Translations under genes and position numbers: made by a program | Part shown: one piece after another, positions 56,873-64,000 of the stretch | How positions within the stretch are numbered: position 1 is the first letter of the stretch | How the letters are laid out: each line of letters begins with the position of its first letter | NCBI RefSeq assembly: GCF_000372725.1 | Contig: NW_005201277.1 | Location: 134,347 to 198,346 of the forward strand | Direction of reading: 5' to 3' | DNA: 64,000 bases | Source of the DNA: Emiliania huxleyi CCMP1516 | Lineage: Eukaryota | Notes under the pieces: generated by a model | The model's input: the letters and a program-made list of their open reading frames with translations, nothing else | What the model was told of the DNA's origin: nothing | Database searches by the model: none

Positions 56873-58359
56873 ATGCCCAGCCTGCTCCGCCATCGACTCG
56901 GATCGCTCGGATCGCGCTCGCTCTCCACACTCCTGCCAACCTCGCAGCGAGCTCAGGATGCTGCCGACGCGTTTGTGCACGCCTGGGTCTCCGGCGAGCC
57001 GCTCTCTTCGGAGCGCTTTCCTGCAGCGCCCGCGTCGGTGGACGAAATGTACCAGACGCACCTCGCCATCCAGCAGCATCCTCTCGTCTCGACAAAGCTG
57101 GGAGGCCTCGGCGACACACGCCGGGCGCCGAGCAGGCAACTCTGTCAACCTTTGCCGATGACATTCATTCCGCTCCTTCTCCAGGCGGGTACAAGCTGGG
57201 CGCCATTGGCGGCGCTGGGCAGCCCTGCATCTACGCGCCGCTCTTCAGAAACTACCTGGTGGAGGCACCGAGACGCCTCCATGGCACAAGAATCCTCCCG
57301 TCGCTTAGGCGCCACTAAGCACCCTGCCGCCGCCTGCGTCGTCCCCGCTGCTTAGGCGCCTGGCGCCGCGTTGTCGGCCGCCGCGATCCGACTCTGGCAA
57401 GTGGAGCCCGAGTTCGCTATAGTACTTGGGCGAGACCTCCCCACGCAGCCTGACGGCCGGCCACACAGCGTCAGCGACGCTTGGGCTGCGGTGCACCAGG
57501 CGTGTGTCCGCATCCCCACTCGGAGGGTAGTCTTGCAGCCTCGCGCATCTCGCTCCACGCCACTCCTCTCGCATGGGATGGCGTGGCGGCGTGCGCGTAT
57601 CCCGTCCCCAGGGTCGAGGGGTTGACGCTGGCGCTCCCCTTGCAGGTGGTGCTGTGTATCGAGTGCTGCGGCGCGAGACACGGCGAGCCCAGCGCGTGAG
57701 AGAGAGCGCCCGCTCGTCACGCCCTTGTCTGTGACCAGGCAAGCGCGGCAGGCCGGAGGCGTACGAGGCGTCGACCAAGCTCGGGTCATACTCGGACACG
57801 CTCAGTTCCGGCGACAACTTGCCCCGCGCGCTTTGCGCGAACCGAGGTGAGGCGCCAATGCATGCGTGTGCGAACAGGCGGCGTCGTCCTCGGCCCGCGG
57901 CTAGACGCGTCTGCGCTGAGGATAGACGATTTGCGCGGGGCGGCGACCCTCTCGGTCAACGGCGCCCCCGCTGCGCAGGGATCGGGGGCGGCAGCTCCAG
58001 AGGGAGGGCCTGTAGAGGTGCGTCGGTAGAGCGTTCGGAGCAGCGACGTGTAGCATTAGGGGCGAGAAGGCTCTCGAGAGGGGCCGTACTAGGGGCCGTA
58101 CTGAGGTGGAGCTCGCAAGCGACTGAGCCCCAAGAGCATGCTGCGCCGTGGCGCACGGGAGAAGATCACAAATTGCCCCGACGAGAGCTAGGCGCTCGCG
58201 TGGCTCGCCAACCACCTCAACGGACGCGGGCTGGAGCTGCGCGCGGGCCAGCTGGTCGCCACGGGTCAGACGTGCAGCACCAAGGCCGTGCGCGCGGGCG
58301 ACCGTCTGAGGGCGGACTTTGGACGGCTAGGCAGCCTCGAGATGACGGTCGCCCCGTAA
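56873..58359 (+). CDS. Fumarylacetoacetate hydrolase superfamily, 2-keto-4-pentenoate hydratase (MhpD)-like; multi-exon, probable mitochondrial presequence
   Basis: GYKLG, VEPEFAIVLGRDL, GVVLG, ALAWLANHL..RG..LRAGQLVATG, ADFGRLG. Confidence 0.85.
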
Positions 58360-59654
58360 TTCCCGTAGAAGCCTCGAGGTGAAGCGGCTATGACTCGCAC
58401 ACGCGGCCACGTGGAGAGTTGGCTATGACACATTTTTCTCTTGTGTCTTTGGGCCCGCCCCCGGGGCGCCCCGCGCCCGCCGCGGGCCCCCCGGGGTGAT
58501 GCTCCGATAAACCCTCCGGATCTTCGACAAAAGTTGGATATTTCTTTTTTAAAATTGCAAGGTGTGAGTAAGAGGTTTATGATAGGGCTACTACGACGAA
58601 CTATGCGGCAATCGACTGGGGGGCAGCCCCCCAGCATATCGTCCCGCCTCGGCGGCACACACTCGACGAGGACAGTCCGGCCGCCGAGATCGTGTCGCGC
58701 GCCGGCGACGATTGCGGCGTGGTCGTTTTGAAGCGAAGATGGCACGACCACCGCCCTGCTTCGCAGACCGGGCGAGGAGGGGCCTGCTCCCGTCCCGCGA
58801 GGAACAGGAGGTCTCCCCCCCTCACCCGGCCTGAGCAGCGGCGGATGGACGGCAGCCCCTTGAGTCGAGGGCGGCGCGACCATTGCCGAGCTCCAGCGAC
58901 CAAAGGCCCGGGCGTCTGCTGATGGTCTCGCCGCCCCGCTCCGCGCCGCCCGCCGCCGCGCCGCGCCGCCGCCCGATGATTATTAAGTAATAATTAATTA
59001 CCAAATAAGTAATTATACCACCAGCAGCCGCGCCGCCCCGCCCTGCATCGCCCGCTGCCTCGCCGCACCGCCGCCTCGCGCCGCCCGCCGCCGCGCCGCG
59101 CCGCCGCTTGCACGCGTAAAGCGAGGCGTATGCGTGACGCATCACTGAGCCTCCACCCGGCTTGACACGGCACCAAAATACACGACGTCTCAGCGACGTC
59201 CTACGAACCGTGGGCATGGATGTGCATAAGGTGGCCGACAATTGCATTAGTGGCTCTTACATATCCATAGCGGGACTAATAACCTCCCACACACACACAC
59301 ACACACACACAGTGTGGTGCGAGGGAGTTTGGTTGTAAAATCTTTTTGTGTGCTGTGAGCCGGCGTTATTTTTTTTTTTGAGCTTAGCCTTCGATGTTAT
59401 GAAACAACGCAAGGCGGACATGGCATATCGCTCTCGGGCTCACAGACATCCCTCACACCCGCCGCACACCCGCGCCCCCGCGCGCGCCCCACCTCGGCCG
59501 GGAGAAAGGGGAGTGACAGTTTGGGATGAAAGCCCGAGTATGTTGAGTCCTGGCTCAACAACGCAGATAACAAGAGGGGGTGGTCCGGCTCCCAAGTCCG
59601 CGTGATTTTTTCTTTTGCTTTTTGGCGCGCCGCTTTTGGAGTCCTTGCCCTCGC

Positions 59655-62222
59655 ATGCGCCGCGCCGTGAGTGCGGCTAGGCACCTGCTGCAGAGCGTTG
59701 CCGTGGTGCTCTTCTGCTTCCTGCCGCTGCTGCCGTTGCTCCTGCTATTCTTCGCCATTATCTTTCCGCCACTAGCCATCGCCGGCTCGCTTGTCTCCGG
59801 CGACGATATCGGCCTGCCACCTGCCTGGCATCGCTGGCGCCGGCTGCCTCTGCTCGTCCGGCTACCGTTCGTCCTTTTCGTGCACCTCCCGATCGGCATG
59901 TACTGGCTCCTCGGGTTTATTGTCGAGGGCTTCCTTCTGAAGCCGGCAGCTCTCCTCGCCTACGAGCTCTTAGCCCGCGGCCCTCCTCGGTCCACAGAGC
60001 CCTGCGAGTCGGATGTCGAGTCCAACGAACCCAGCTCTCGGCGTCCGGCGCCGGCCAGCGAGGACGGAGGACGCTATCGGGAGCACGACTCAGTTTGGGC
60101 GGCGCTCGAGGGCGACGGGGACAAAGTCATACGCGGCGATGTGCGGTTGCTTAGCCTCTCGTGGCTGATGGGGCTGGCCGACCAGAATGGGGTGCTGCCG
60201 CGCCGGCAGGAGCTGCCCGAGGAGGCGTTTCTGGACGCGGCGCGGCTGAAGCGGATAGAGGCCGGCGATGCAGCCCAGCCCTCCCCTGTTTGTGGGGCGA
60301 GTGTCCGGAACCTCCTGTGAACCTGCCTCTAGGCGGGCGCGAGGCGCAGCCTCGATGTGCGCCGGTTCGAGCGCGTCTTCGCCGCCTGGAGCAAGGGCGG
60401 CGGCGGCCTCTCCCCCTTCCTCGGCTTCATGGCGACCCCGCTGCACAGCAGGCGCAACGCCGACGGGCTCCTTCCGATCGTCTCCGTCTCTAGAAGCGGA
60501 ACACGTGTCCATGGGTAGTCCAACTAGGGCTCGAGAGGACGCGTACTCCGCTGTATTGGGCCGTGAGTACTCACTGTAGCACCCCTCGTCGTCACACGGT
60601 GCTCTGAAGACTCTGCACAGTACCGCCTTCCCGCCCTGAGGCTGGTGCATTCACCGGGCAGGTCTCCATCTCCTACTGCTGGCTCGAGGCCGCGCATCCG
60701 GATCGGGAGGGCCGCCAGCTGCAGCTGCTCTGCCGCAAGCTGCGGAGTCTGTACGGCGGGCGCGGCCTGCTCGGCGCGTGCCGCGAATACGGCTTCTCCG
60801 ACATGGTGAGCTGCCTCCCGCGCCTTGCCCACCGCCACTCCCACTCCCTTCCTCACCGCCAGCCCCTTCCTGGCTCGCGGAGGGCGTCTTCCTCGACTGG
60901 TCCTCGGGCTACCAGAAGGACCCGGCGCTGTGGAGAGGGTGGATGGCGGACCAGGCGCTGTACGCCAAGAGCGACGGCGCGCTCAGTGAGCAGCAAGCCG
61001 CCGACCGGCGCGCGTACGAGGCGAGCCGAACCGCGGAGCAGAAGGCCGCCTTTGATCGCATGCTGAGCAACACGATGGATCTGTGGTACGCGCACTCCGC
61101 CATCACCGTGGTGCTGCTCACGCAGCTGCCCGACGAGCTTCCCGCCGGCTTCGACCCGAGCCGGACCTACGACAGCCGCGGATGGACGACCTTCGAACGG
61201 TGCTCCGCCGAGTTAGCAAAGATCAGCTCTTTGCAGTCGGCTCGGTGGAGCCTTGTCATCGACGTCTCTGACGAGGGCGGCGGCGCGGAGCGGCGCCTTC
61301 CGACGACGCCGCAGCGCATGGCGAAGCTGCTCGCCGGCTGCCGCTTCACCAACGGAGCAGACTCCTCCCTTGTGCTGCAGCTGTACGCGAAGACGGCGGC
61401 CGCGGTGCTGGGGACGGTGAGTGTCCTCGGGCACTCTCCCGTCCTCTCACACGTTCATAGTGCACTCACTTTCCCTCAAGCTCGTCACACTCACACGTTC
61501 ATAGCGCACTCACTTTCCCTGTCCACATAACTCACTCTTCACACTCTCCCTCCTAGGTGAGAGAACTCAGCTACGTAGGGCTGCCGCTCGTGCGCGGCGA
61601 CGAGTGGACCTCGCCGACGCGCCTCGCAGAGGCCCTCAACTATTGCGAGCGACTGCAGGAGCTGGCAGTCTGCGGCGCTCGTCTGGACGACGAGGGAGCG
61701 AGAGAACTCGCGGCCGGGATCGACCATGGCGCGCTGCCTGAGTTAGACATACTGTCGCTCAACGGCAGCCGCTTTGGCGCAAGGGGCGTCGCGGCCGTCT
61801 GCAGTGTCTTCGAGCGGGGCGTGGCGCGGAGGCTGACGCTCCTCACGCTGATGGGCACGCCCATCGGCGACGAAGGGGCGGCGGCGCTGGCCTCGGCGCT
61901 GGAGACACGGATGCTGCCTCCGAAGCTCGCGCTCTCCGTCTCCCTTTGCGATGTCGGCGATACGGGTGCGAAGGCGATCGCCGCTGCGCTGCGCCGCGCA
62001 GGCCCGGGAAGCCGCTGTCGCGTCTTTTGCTACTGGAACAGGATCGGACTCGCCGGCCGGTCGGCGCTCCTTGGGGCGCTCGAGGCCCAGCACGGGCCGG
62101 CGTTTGACCACTTGCTTGCAGGGACGCAGCACACTTGGCTGCTTGGGTCGGCGGCGTTCGTGCGCGCGATGGCGAGGGGGTTGCGCAGCGCTAGCGAGAG
62201 CGGTACCTTTCTGCCCACGTGA
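59655..62222 (+). CDS. Membrane-anchored HET-like domain + RI-like LRR protein, multi-exon
   Basis: Two N-terminal hydrophobic helices; LPRRQELPEEAF, SISYCW...HPD, VFLDWSS.YQ, YDSRGWTTFE, FTNG; L.L.G..IGDEGAAALA repeats. Confidence 0.78.
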
Positions 62223-62519
62223 GGCACAATCGTCTGTCAGTGTGTTTAAAGAAAGAAAGAAAGAAAAGCGGGGCCTAAGCGAGCACTTGGAGCACTTGGA
62301 GTGCAGTTGGTAGCCTCACACATCCAACAGGGCCAGGGAGCTAAGGTGCTAAGCGGAAGCGCACCCAGCGGGCCGGATGATCGGGATCGGGTGTTGCGGG
62401 CAAGAGAGCCCTAGCCCTGGGGGTGCGCGTTCGCAGGGAAAGGGCCGTAAAGTAAACACGGGTCCCCGAGGGTTAGCTCTGCGCTCCGGGTTTCCCCTAG
62501 CAGCGGAACGCCCCCTCTA

Positions 62520-62865
62520 CTAGAGCTGTTTAACATTAACTTTGGGCCTAACAGTTGCGCTAGTGTTGGCTGAAAAATCCTTAACGTTGTTCAAGTGTTC
62601 ACCCCAGCCCATGCTGTTACTGTTTGTTACTGTTGTTACTGTTGTTACTGTTGTTCAGCGGTCAGCAAGCAGAAAATGCCAAAAAACCCGGGTAAAACCC
62701 GAAAATACCTGGCTTTTCCCGGGTATTTTCGGGTATTACCCGCACTGGACGCTGGATGGAGATCGTCGTGGGTCACTGCCAGGCCTTCCTTATTGTTGTT
62801 CAGCCGGCCTAACGTTAGCTACTGTTGTTGGGGAGCCCCACTGTTGTTCTGTTGTTACTGTTAAA
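62520..62865. repeat. AT-richer block with (TGTTAC)n and ACCCG/CGGGT inverted motifs, possibly a DNA-transposon terminus
   Basis: Direct reading; no partner end seen in the window. Confidence 0.4.
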
Positions 62866-64000
62866 GGCCAAGGTAGGCCGCCTATTGAAATCGAACAGAG
62901 CGCTAGCGCTCTCTTCGCGCAAGCTCGCACGGCCTCTCACGCTCCGCTGCTGCCCTCTTGGCGGCTCTCCGCCCGCCAGCTCGACCAACTCGACCGCCGA
63001 GAGGCTGGGATTGGCCGGCGGCGCGACGCGTGGCCTCTGCTGCGGCCATCTCGGACGCTCAAGCGGCGCCAGCCAGCGGCTCGGCCGCGCATCCTTCACA
63101 CACGCCGCCACGACCAAGATGAGCGGGCCCGGTGTCGAGTCATGGTGCGAGATGCATGTCAGGGGCGGCCGTGGCGACAGCAGGTCCACCAGACGGGCGT
63201 CAAAGCTTGCCGTCGGCGTGCTGTCGTGGCGAGAGCCGAGACCGCTGCAGAGGAGCCGAGTGCAGTGGCGAGCCAGAGGCTACCAGGGTCACCAGGTGGT
63301 AGCCCTTGCCCATTCTGAGCAGGGATGTGCTTTGATGGGGTTGTGCTTGAGCGTGTGTGAAGTGGGAGTGCGTGCCGGCGGTGTCTGTGGCTGAAACGGG
63401 CGTGTGTGAGGCTGCAGAGCCGTGGTATGAGCCAGAGTGAGCTTCATCACCCAAGATAAGTGCGGTTTGGGACGGCTCAGACTTGCTGCTGATGGGCCTG
63501 GGCCAGATACCGACAAAGCGGCTTCCCGGTGAGGCGGAGCAGTCGCGCAGGGCGAGACGAGGGAGGGAGCAGGACGTTGCGGAGATCAGCAGGAGGATGT
63601 ACGAAGAGATTAGGAGCAGCAGGGACCCGAGGGACCATGTGGAAGACGGCTAGTGCTAGTCCCCCATCGGGAGGACGACCCCGGCTAGCCGCCGACCACA
63701 CCCACAAAGAACCCTGCACAAAGACCGCAGGGCGGGGACCTGTTCCTTTTTACCCATCTCCTAGTAGAGGTGTCCGTTTTATTTATTTATTTACTAGCAA
63801 CACTAGCATCTCGAGGACGTGCGTCGCCGACGCGGGAAATGGTGCCGAGACCGACCCAGCGCGTCGGCGGGCTCAGAGTCCTCGCCTACGAGAACCGCGA
63901 GAACGCCAGCTTCCACCGCATGGTGAGCGAGACGGCCGCGGCCACCGGCCTGCCCGTCACGATCGGCGCGATCGCGCCCGCCTCGCGACGCAACCTCATG

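Noticed and set aside
58925..59110. AT island flanked by GC-rich direct repeats
   Set aside because: Real but low complexity; no function supportable
63800..64000. Possible coding start at the window end
   Set aside because: Too short to assign
1..64000. tRNA or rRNA genes
   Set aside because: None recognised by eye; tRNAscan-SE/Infernal would be needed to exclude them

Overview
Eukaryotic, very GC-rich genomic DNA with many GC-AG introns filled with 10-11 bp microsatellites, interstitial TTAGGG tracts and one N gap. These traits are most consistent with the haptophyte Emiliania (Gephyrocapsa) huxleyi or a close relative; this is inferred from sequence style, not from a search. Intron-dense housekeeping genes: mitochondrial-type IF-2, a DUF1640/CCDC90-like protein, an FAH/MhpD-like hydratase and the 3' end of a Kelch gene. 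Intron-poor repeat-domain genes: a 6xAP2+SAM protein, F-box+RCC1, a BspA-type LRR protein and three HET-like-domain proteins (ANK or LRR C-termini). The standout is a predicted ~2,850 aa myristoylated protein joining a NUDT9-type ADP-ribose pyrophosphatase, two ADP-ribosyltransferase domains with intact motifs, LRRs with two inserted RRMs and a GDA1/CD39-like NTPDase. Also present: a GT8+GT31 fusion, a GT61, a ClpB pseudogene fragment, a 5'-truncated L1/Tx1-like element, TIR elements/MITEs, and short repeat families that supply intron 3' splice sites in unrelated genes (introner-like). All domain calls come from motif recognition by eye.
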